Source: Polyangiaceae bacterium (GTDB lineage Bacteria > Myxococcota_A > Polyangia > Polyangiales > Polyangiaceae). Taken from it: 64,000 nt of DNA. A program made the translations under genes and the position numbers. A model generated the notes under the pieces. It worked only from the letters and a program-made list of their open reading frames with translations. It was not told the origin of the DNA and searched no databases. The stretch lies in NCBI GenBank assembly GCA_965222375.1, contig CBDCTZ010000016.1:640001-704000 (forward strand). Reading direction: 5' to 3'. Below, piece after piece: positions 30,652 through 38,070 of the stretch. The first letter of the stretch is position 1; the number at the start of each line of letters is the position of its first letter.

Positions 30652-31250
30652 CGGCCGCGCTCAGCTCCCCGTCTCTGGCCGCGGAAGCCGGTCCGCGCTC
30701 AGCTCGCGATAGCGCCGCGTCGCTTGCCCACGCGCAGGCGGCTGCGAACGTGGCGGAGCTGTTTCGGGAGCATGGGCCCTTCGTGTGGCGCACCCTGCGC
30801 CGGCTGGGCATGTCCGAGAGCGACGCCGATGATCTGTGCCAAGAAGTGTTCTTGGTGGTGTTTCGCAAGCTCGACTCCTTCGAGCATCGCTCTTCTTTCA
30901 AGACCTGGCTCTACGGTATCACCGTGCGAGTGGCGCAAAGCCATCGGCGCCGCGCATCGAACCAGCGCGAGCTACCGACCGCGTCCCCGCCGGAAGTGAC
31001 CGCGCCAAACGGTCCGCACGATCAACTGGCCGACCAGCAGGCGCGCGCCTTGCTCGATCGTGCCGTCGGGGAGCTCGACGACGACAAGCGCGCGGTTTTC
31101 GTGCTCTACGAGATCGAGCAGCTGCCCATGAATGACATCGTGGCTGCCCTCGAGTGCCCCGCGCAGACGGCGTACTCGCGTTTGCATGCGGCGCGCCGGC
31201 AAGTGCAGGCGTCGGTGCGGCGCGCAGCTCAAGGAAGGTGGGCGGGATGA
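30648..31250 (+). CDS. ECF RNA polymerase sigma factor
   Basis: DADDLCQEVF, SFKTWLYGI, RAVFVLYEIE, TAYSRLHAAR. Confidence 0.93.
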   Translation: MTAALSSPSLAAEAGPRSARDSAASLAHAQAAANVAELFREHGPFVWRTLRRLGMSESDADDLCQEVFLVVFRKLDSFEHRSSFKTWLYGITVRVAQSHRRRASNQRELPTASPPEVTAPNGPHDQLADQQARALLDRAVGELDDDKRAVFVLYEIEQLPMNDIVAALECPAQTAYSRLHAARRQVQASVRRAAQGRWAG

Positions 31251-32152
31251 GCGAGTACGAACACGTGCCGCGTCTCGACGAAGGCTCCGATGAGCTGATG
31301 GGACAGCTTCTGCGCGCCGCACGCAGGGACGTGCCCGGCGAGCAGCGCATGAACGCGTTGTCCCTCGCCCTGCTGGACAAGATGGGTCCGGGTGCGCCCG
31401 ATGGCTCCGACGGCGCTGGTGGCGGTGACACGGGGGGTGGTGAAGGCACGGGTGGGGCTGAGCCCGGCGGCGGGGCCGAAGGTCTCGGAGGATCGACCGG
31501 TGCGGAGGCTGCGCGGACGGGTGCCGAGCTGGCACAAGGCGCCCAGGCGGCCACCGGTGCCGGCGCCAGCGTTGCACCCGCGACCGCAGCCGTTGGCGCC
31601 GGGGGCTCCGTCGCCGCGAAAGCCACCCTCGGCACTCTCGCTGCACTCGTGGTTGCGGGTGGTGTCTACACGGCGACGCGCTCCACGCCCACTGCGCCCC
31701 CACCCCAGACAGCCACGACGGCTTCCGTCGCCGCGCCTGCTGCAGTTGCGCCCAAGGCGATGTCGACAACGGGGCCCGCACCCGTAGTGTCCATCGACGA
31801 TTTGCCCAAGTTGGAGGAGCCACCCAAGGCCGCTTCGGGCGCCACGCCCGCGCCGCTGGCCGACACCGCAGCCGAGCCCAAGAAGAAGAAGAAAGCCGCA
31901 GACGCCATGGCGGATCTGCGCCGCGCCCAAGATGCCTTGGGTTCCAGCCCAGCCCGCGCGCTGCGGCTGATCGCCCGGCACCGAAGTGACTATCCACGCT
32001 CGGCGTTTTCCCAGGAGCGGGACGTGCTGGAGATCGACGCTTTGATTCGTCTGGGTCGCCGCTCCGAGGCGGTCGCCAAAGGGGACCAGTTCGCCAAGTA
32101 CTACCCAAAGTCCGGGCACCGCCGCCGCATCGACGCGCTGTTGGGGCGCTAG
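31247..32152 (+). CDS. Putative anti-sigma factor (single TM, C-terminal TPR-like domain)
   Basis: ATGA overlap with sigma gene; TM helix; YPRSAFSQER..FAKYYPKS. Confidence 0.65.
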   Translation: MSEYEHVPRLDEGSDELMGQLLRAARRDVPGEQRMNALSLALLDKMGPGAPDGSDGAGGGDTGGGEGTGGAEPGGGAEGLGGSTGAEAARTGAELAQGAQAATGAGASVAPATAAVGAGGSVAAKATLGTLAALVVAGGVYTATRSTPTAPPPQTATTASVAAPAAVAPKAMSTTGPAPVVSIDDLPKLEEPPKAASGATPAPLADTAAEPKKKKKAADAMADLRRAQDALGSSPARALRLIARHRSDYPRSAFSQERDVLEIDALIRLGRRSEAVAKGDQFAKYYPKSGHRRRIDALLGR

Positions 32153-32168
32153 CGTCAGGTCGGTGCGC

Positions 32169-33395
32169 ATGCTCACTGCCTCTCCGTTGCCTACTGCGGC
32201 TCGCATCCCCTGGCTTCGAGCTACCTGCCTGACCGCACTCGGCGCGCTGTCCTTGGCGTGCTCCACGCGCTCCGAGGTGGGTAGCTTTAAGCCAGAGGTC
32301 GACGCAGCCGCCGACGTCGGCCTGTCGGACAGTGGCGGCAATGTCGACGCCTCGCTCAACCTGGCACCTTCCACGGCGCGGTTGTCCCTAGGCGGCTCCG
32401 CCAGCTGCGCCATCACGGCTCAGGGCGGAGTGCAGTGTTGGGGCGACAACACCTTCGGCCAGCTGGGCGTCGGTGATGTCAATTTGAATGGCTCGGTGCA
32501 GCCGCTACCCGTGAAGGGGCTCAGTGTGGGAGTGCGCGCGGTCTTCGGCGGCCCAGTGTCCCATTGTGCGGTGCTGCAAGCGGGGCACGCCACCTGTTGG
32601 GGCGACGCGCTATTCGGTGTCTTCACGGGTCAACCCGGACATGGAAACCATTTTGCGACCCCGTCTCCCGTCGATGCGCCGGGGCTCGCCTTCGTCGCCA
32701 GCATGGCGCTCGGGATCTACTTCCACTGTGCCCTGACCACCGACGGAAGCGCGAAGTGCTACGGCCTGAACAGCTCGGGTCAGTTGGGGACCGGCGCCCT
32801 GGGCGATAACTTCACACCCGTGGGCGTGTTGGGCCTAGAGCCCGCGCAAGACATGGGCGCGGCTGGTTTCTTCACCTGTGCGGTCACCGGTTCAGGCGCT
32901 GTGAAGTGCTGGGGATTCAACGATCACGGACAATTGGGCAACGGCACCAAGGACGCGGCGCTCGCCCCCGTCGATGTCGCAGGCCTACCCGCCAGCGCCA
33001 GCGCTGTCGAAAACGGACGCGACCATGCGTGTGCTCTGGTCGACGGCAACGTGTGGTGCTGGGGTAGCAACGCCGAAGGCCAACTCGGCACCCCACCAGG
33101 TGTCGACGGATTGGTTCCCGCTCAGGTTCCCGGTCTTCCGCCCAGCGTCGAAATCGCCTGCGGCACCCGCCACAGCTGCGCTCGCTCCGACGCCGGCGCG
33201 GTGCACTGTTGGGGCGCTACCGACAGCGGCGCTTCGCCCGCGGGTCCTCTGCAAGTCATCCCCGCGGCCGCCGTCGAACTCGCCGCCGGCGGCCGTCACA
33301 GCTGCGCGATACTAGCGAACGGAACGCTACGCTGCTGGGGCAGCAACGACAGCGGACAGCTAGGCCCCTATTCCGGACCCGGTGCGCAGCTCTAG
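32169..33395 (+). CDS. RCC1/BLIP-II repeat lipoprotein
   Basis: Repeated HxCA..G.V.CWG.N..GQLG units; lipobox SLAC. Confidence 0.9.
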   Translation: MLTASPLPTAARIPWLRATCLTALGALSLACSTRSEVGSFKPEVDAAADVGLSDSGGNVDASLNLAPSTARLSLGGSASCAITAQGGVQCWGDNTFGQLGVGDVNLNGSVQPLPVKGLSVGVRAVFGGPVSHCAVLQAGHATCWGDALFGVFTGQPGHGNHFATPSPVDAPGLAFVASMALGIYFHCALTTDGSAKCYGLNSSGQLGTGALGDNFTPVGVLGLEPAQDMGAAGFFTCAVTGSGAVKCWGFNDHGQLGNGTKDAALAPVDVAGLPASASAVENGRDHACALVDGNVWCWGSNAEGQLGTPPGVDGLVPAQVPGLPPSVEIACGTRHSCARSDAGAVHCWGATDSGASPAGPLQVIPAAAVELAAGGRHSCAILANGTLRCWGSNDSGQLGPYSGPGAQL

Positions 33396-33488
33396 AAACT
33401 TCGGGCTGTCGCCTGCGACTACCTCTGTTTGTTTGGCTGCCCACCCCCGCCTCGCTCCGCTCGGCTTGCCCCTCCCAAACGTCGTGCT

Positions 33489-35449
33489 GTGCGTCAAGAA
33501 AGCTTCGATCAGGAGGAAGTCATGTAAGAGCCAGACATAACTGAAACTTGATGTAGTGACCCAGCGGGTTGGAGTCCCGCTCAGCCAAGGGTGCGCCGCC
33601 AGCTGAAAGCGAGTCTTGCGTGGCAGTCACAACCGAAAGGGAGGACTGCTGCGAAGCGTAGACAGCGAGCGTGCAGGCCGTGCAATTGGGCCGCGAAAGG
33701 TTGGTAGTCGTGGGAGCCGACGGCTCAGCACAGGCCGGAAGGCAATACCAGCGGAGCAAGAGTCAGGGGCAACGCCCCGACGGCGTGTCTCCGCGGTCCC
33801 ACCGAGGTCGTAGAACACGGCATGTGCGCGAAGGGGTCACCGAGGAACTTGAGAGGTCCTGTCCGCTCCGGGAAACCGGAACTGCCAAGCAAGCGCAAGT
33901 GAGCGAGGTGGGGCGGGCGGGAAGTCCGAGCGCCAAATAGTAGTCGAAGCCGGGGAAGCCTCCCAAGCGACCCGGTGGAGCGAAGGATGGCGCCGGGTCA
34001 CGGAACCGAAAGAGGGAAAGATGAGTGAGACATCGAGCTCAACAAGCATCTCAACGAAAGTCGAAAGGATAGCAACGCTGGCGCAGCAAGCGCCCGACAT
34101 GGCGTTCACGACGCTGGCCCATCACATCGACCTGGAGTGGCTGCGCGAAGCGCACCGCAGGACTCGCAAGGATGGTGCTGTGGGCGTGGACGGGCAGAGC
34201 GCGCAAGAGTACGCGGCCAACCTGGAGGAACATCTCCAGTCGCTGCTCGACCGCGCGAAGTCCGGCACATACCGAGCCCCACCCGTGCGGCGTGTGCACA
34301 TCCCCAAGGGGGGAGGGAAGGAAACGCGCCCGCTTGGGATCCCAACCTTCGAGGACAAGGTGTTGCAACGAGCAGTCGCGATGGTGCTCGAAGCAGTCTA
34401 TGAGCAGGACTTCTTGAACTGCTCCTATGGCTTCCGGCCAGGGCGCTCTGCGCACCAGGCTCTGGAAACGCTTCGGACACCGATGGTCAAGATGGCTGGC
34501 GGTTGGGTTCTGGAGATCGATATACGAAAGTTTTTCGATACCTTGGACCACGGACGACTACGGGAAGTGCTGCGCTGCAGGGTGCGCGATGGCGTGATCC
34601 TGCGCTTGATCGGCAAGTGGCTGAATGCAGGAGTGCTGGAGTCCGGGCGGCTGAGCTACCCGGATGCCGGCACGCCACAGGGCGGGGTGATCTCGCCGTT
34701 GCTGGCAAACATCTACCTGCATGAGGTGCTTGACGTCTGGTTCGAGCGACAAGTGCGTCCCCGCCTTCGGGCTCGGGCGCACCTCGTTCGCTACGCGGAC
34801 GATGCCGTCATGCTGTTCGAGTTCGAGGAAGACGCCAGGCGTGTGTTCGAGGTCTTGCCGAAGCGATTCGCCAAGTTCGGGCTCACGCTGCACGCCGAAA
34901 AGACAAAGCTCGTGCCGTTCAAACGGCCGGACCGGATCCGACGGCGTCGCGGCGGCGAGGGTGAGGGGCCATCGGGGCCTAGCTCCTTCAACTTCCTCGG
35001 CTTCACCTTCCACTGGGCAAAGAGCCTGGCTGGCAAGTGGGTGGTGAGGACGCGAACAGCGAAAGACAGATACCAGAGAGCGGTCAACGCCATCGCACAG
35101 TGGTGTCGGAATCACCGGCATGCTTCTGTGCGAGTACAGCGTCAGGCGCTGGCTGCGAAACTTCGCGGTCACTACGCCTACTTCGGCCGTACCGGCAACT
35201 TCAGCCGCCTCTGGAGCTTGTACTTCGCCACTGTGCGGAAGTGGAAGCGCTGGCTGTCTCGACGCTCCGACAAAGCGCGACTCACCTGGCCTGCGATGGA
35301 TCGGCTACTGGAGCGCAATCCGCTCCCGAAACCCGATGCCTCGCGCCGCTTCGCGTAGCAAAGCCGTGGCCTGAGGAGCCGGATGCGGGAAATCCGCACG
35401 TCCGGATCTGTCCGGGGGGCGGCCCGTAAAGGGCCGTCCCTACCGGGAG
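33489..35449 (+). mobile_element. Group II intron (IIB-like RNA), 1961 nt
   Basis: 5' GTGCG; DI basal stem TCAAG/CTTGA; DIII GCGCCA..TGGCGC; DIV stem 33994-34003 with 35364-35373; DV GAGCCGGATGCGGGAAATCCGCACGTCCGG; DVI with bulged A35442. Confidence 0.92.
34021..35358 (+). CDS. ltrA: Group II intron reverse transcriptase/maturase, no endonuclease domain
   Basis: [55 protein letters not shown], domain X LRGHYAYF. Confidence 0.96.
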   Translation: MSETSSSTSISTKVERIATLAQQAPDMAFTTLAHHIDLEWLREAHRRTRKDGAVGVDGQSAQEYAANLEEHLQSLLDRAKSGTYRAPPVRRVHIPKGGGKETRPLGIPTFEDKVLQRAVAMVLEAVYEQDFLNCSYGFRPGRSAHQALETLRTPMVKMAGGWVLEIDIRKFFDTLDHGRLREVLRCRVRDGVILRLIGKWLNAGVLESGRLSYPDAGTPQGGVISPLLANIYLHEVLDVWFERQVRPRLRARAHLVRYADDAVMLFEFEEDARRVFEVLPKRFAKFGLTLHAEKTKLVPFKRPDRIRRRRGGEGEGPSGPSSFNFLGFTFHWAKSLAGKWVVRTRTAKDRYQRAVNAIAQWCRNHRHASVRVQRQALAAKLRGHYAYFGRTGNFSRLWSLYFATVRKWKRWLSRRSDKARLTWPAMDRLLERNPLPKPDASRRFA

Positions 35450-35529
35450 CGGCGGCCGTCCCACCACGCCGCTGCCCACCAGCCGCCTGCGCCGCCGTGG
35501 GAGGGGCGCGGCGCCTTGTTGCGCGAAGG

Positions 35530-35937
35530 TCAGCGCGTCCAGTTCTCGACCTTCAATCCGGGCATTCGCACCACATGAGCTGTGTCCGCGGTCACCAAAA
35601 CACTCCCGGTCGCCACGGCGTGGGCTGCGATAGCGATGTCAAAGTCTTCCACGACGTCACCACGTTATTCCAAGGAAGCTTTGATCGCTCCGAAAGCGTC
35701 ACTGGTCTCGTCCGTCCACGGGATCCTGCTGAGTTCTTCCCGCACCAATTCGAAACGCTCCGTCAGCACTCCCTTTCGTTTCGAGGTGGGGAGCCTGGCG
35801 ATTCCGTAGGCGATCTCGGAGACGACGGATTGGGGGATTGCCACTGACGTCTTCTCTGCTCGCCGTAGTCGAGCGAGTAAGTTCAAGTCTCCCTTCATCA
35901 GTGCGGACACCGCGTTCGTATCCAGGATGTGTTTCAC
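35530..35937 (-). pseudogene. vapC: VapC/PIN toxin interrupted by an in-frame TAA at 35665-35667
   Basis: HILDTN, VVSEIAYG, then past the stop RGDVVEDFDIAIAAHA..LVTAD..GLKVENW. Confidence 0.88.
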
Positions 35938-36179
35938 AGTGGTGGGCCCTTGGATCGGCGCGCGCCCACCACAGCATCCAGTAGCCGGTCAACGTCAGCC
36001 TCGAGTTGCTCATCTGTCTCTTCCAGCTGCTCGAAAAAACCAGGTGACCAGGTCGCGGCGCCCTCGATCTCTCGTTCCAACGCGCGTATGATCAGTTTGT
36101 TGCGGCTGATCTTGAGCGCCCGCGCCCGACGGTCGACCGCTTCGAGCAGGTCCTTTGGGATATGCACGCTCGTTGCCAT
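35934..36179 (-). CDS. Ribbon-helix-helix antitoxin (VapB-like)
   Basis: TSVHIPKDLLEAVDRRARALKISRNKLIIRAL; 4-bp overlap with vapC. Confidence 0.85.
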   Translation of the reverse strand: MATSVHIPKDLLEAVDRRARALKISRNKLIIRALEREIEGAATWSPGFFEQLEETDEQLEADVDRLLDAVVGARRSKGPPL

Positions 36180-36180
36180 T

Positions 36181-36205
36181 TCAAATATATTTATAGTATA
36201 TTTGA
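36181..36205. promoter_or_regulatory. TA operator/promoter palindrome
   Basis: TCAAATATA-N7-TATATTTGA immediately upstream of the antitoxin ATG. Confidence 0.7.
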
Positions 36206-36222
36206 CCACGCTCGTCATGGGT

Positions 36223-36330
36223 GGCTGCCGTTCCACCCTCTCGGCACGGGCTCGCCACTTCTTGGTGGCGTCCAAGTTGCCGCGCGCCCAAGAGGGCTGC
36301 CGTTCCACCCTCTCGGCACGGGCTCGCCAC
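36223..36330 (-). CRISPR. Orphan minimal CRISPR-like array (two 36-bp identical repeats, one 36-bp spacer)
   Basis: Repeats 36223-36258 and 36295-36330 are identical (GGCTGCCGTTCCACCCTCTCGGCACGGGCTCGCCAC); spacer 36259-36294; strand inferred. Confidence 0.65.
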
Positions 36331-36366
36331 AGTTGTCAGAAACAGCCTCTCAGCTGTGGACAACTG
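36330..36366. terminator. Stem-loop between the upstream gene and the mini-array (terminator or leader)
   Basis: CAGTTGTC..ACAGC-loop-GCTGT..GACAACTG. Confidence 0.45.
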
Positions 36367-36372
36367 CTGAAA

Positions 36373-36726
36373 TCACGCCGCTACTTCGCCGCGTTGCCAC
36401 ACCGGGAAGCTGTCGTTGTCCGTGCAGCCCATGGCGGCGATGACGGCGTGGTTGTCGAAGCCAGGGAGCTCTTGCAGGCGGTGGAGTAGTTCGTTATAGC
36501 CGGCCGCCTCCGAGGGCACGGCGCAGCCGCCTTGGTCGCCAATCAGGAGCCAAAACACGTCGTCGACGAACGGGCCTTGGTCGGTGGTGACGATGTGAAC
36601 TTCGCGCAGCTCGCTCCAGCGCACGCTTTCGGTGCGGCCGTCGGCCATCGTGCGCACGACGCCTCCGTCGTCAACGCTGACGGCTTCTTGCTGCCTGCGG
36701 AACATACCTTTCAAAAACTCGAACAT
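36373..36726 (-). CDS. Hypothetical protein (117 aa)
   Basis: AAGGAGG RBS; protein-like sequence TTDQGPFVDDVFWLL, LQELPGFD. Confidence 0.8.
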   Translation of the reverse strand: MFEFLKGMFRRQQEAVSVDDGGVVRTMADGRTESVRWSELREVHIVTTDQGPFVDDVFWLLIGDQGGCAVPSEAAGYNELLHRLQELPGFDNHAVIAAMGCTDNDSFPVWQRGEVAA

Positions 36727-36780
36727 GGCTACCTCCTTGCGCCCACTGGGCGCTGTGCTTTGTGTAGAACTAGCCTGTAG

Positions 36781-36812
36781 CCCATAGATTGGTTACACAA
36801 CCAATCTATGGG
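36781..36812. promoter_or_regulatory. TetR operator, perfect 14-4-14 palindrome overlapping the tetR start codon
   Basis: CCCATAGATTGGTT-ACAC-AACCAATCTATGGG. Confidence 0.8.
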
Positions 36813-37353
36813 AAGACCGAGCAAACGCGCCGAGCGCCGGGGGCAGATCCTGCAAGCCTTTGCCCGCGTGCTCGCGGATCACGGCTACGCGGGTTCCACC
36901 ATCGCAGCCGTGGCGAACGAGGCCGGCCTGGCGCCGGGCCTGGTGCATCACCACTTCGAGAGCAAGCAGGATTTGCTCGTCAGCTTGCTGCAGACGCTCA
37001 TCGCCGGGTTCCGTAGACGGGTGCAGAGCTACGAGCAGGGCGAGGACCCACTACTGGCCTACGTGGATGGCGCCTTGAAGCTCGACGAACGAGCGGACGT
37101 CACCGCAGCCCGATGCTGGGTCGGACTATTTGCCGAAGCGATCCGCAACCCGACTCTCTTCAAACAAGTGCGCCGCATGATTGATCTCGAGATCGACGCG
37201 ATCCGAGGGCGCTCGGGCCACAAGCTGAGCGAACACCAGTCCGCATCGATCCTCGCGTACATCATTGGCGCCTTGGTCTTGGGCGCCTTCGCCCCAAAGA
37301 AGACCGCCGGCTTCGCCGGGCCCGGTCTGCGGCAGCTCATCCAGAGCATGTGA
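36808..37353 (+). CDS. TetR/AcrR family transcriptional regulator
   Basis: GYAGSTIAAVANEAGLAPGLVHHHFESKQDL HTH. Confidence 0.93.
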   Translation: MGRPSKRAERRGQILQAFARVLADHGYAGSTIAAVANEAGLAPGLVHHHFESKQDLLVSLLQTLIAGFRRRVQSYEQGEDPLLAYVDGALKLDERADVTAARCWVGLFAEAIRNPTLFKQVRRMIDLEIDAIRGRSGHKLSEHQSASILAYIIGALVLGAFAPKKTAGFAGPGLRQLIQSM

Positions 37354-37584
37354 CGCCGGGAGCATGAGCACCGCGACGCAACTTCCCGAAAACGACACGG
37401 TGCCCCCCCACACAATGAGGGCGGGCAGTGTGGCGTGTGAATCGGTCGAAGTCGGGACGAGTTGCGGGGTTCAGGCTCCGGAGCATTGCGCCCGCCACGC
37501 AAGCTTCGAAAGAAGCACGGTGCCCCCCCACACAAAGAGGGCGGGCAGTGTGGTGCGGGAATCGGCCGCGGTCGGGGCGAGTTG
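37354..37584. repeat. Imperfect tandem repeat, 120-bp period, two copies
   Basis: CACGGTGCCCCCCCACACAA..GAGGGCGGGCAGTGTGG at 37396 and 37516. Confidence 0.8.
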
Positions 37585-37626
37585 TCCAGAATCTTGGGTG
37601 CTCCCCGGTCAGCGCGATAGCGCGCT

Positions 37627-37880
37627 TCACTTCAATTCGTGGGCGCCAACGTCGAAAGCGGCGCCCTTCGGGCGTTTGGACCCATCGGCGTCGGAGTAAG
37701 CGTGTGCTGAAAGGTCCTTCAGGATTTCCTTGGATAATCCGGGCAGCGTCGTGGGATCGATACCGGCGTCCACTACTGGGCTTGACGGCGATGGCCGCAA
37801 GGCTGTCCCAAGATCCCATGGAGCGACAGCGGTCTTCCACTGGCCATCGTTGCTCGGGTGCACCTTGGGGGCGTTCAAAA
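37627..37880 (-). pseudogene. 3' remnant of a secreted protein (choice-of-anchor-Q-like C-terminus)
   Basis: SSPVVDAG..DADGSKRPKGAAFDVGAHE with no plausible N-terminal part. Confidence 0.55.
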
Positions 37881-38070
37881 AGGACGGAACACAGAAGGCA
37901 CGCACCGCCGCGGGCGTGCCGCGTGGGGAATGGCGAGAGTAGTGCCCTGATTCGCACTGCTGATGCGACCCCCCAAACCAAAAACGCAAGACCTGCTGGA
38001 GATCCGTTGGCTCGCGATGCTCTGTTTCGAGGTGCTCCAGGCCCAACCGGCAACACCTGCTGGAGATCCG

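Noticed and set aside
34021..36330. RT plus mini-array as an RT-Cas, retron or defence RT system
   Set aside because: The RT lies inside a full group II intron RNA (DI-DVI) and has no Cas1 fusion; proximity to the array may only reflect a shared hotspot.
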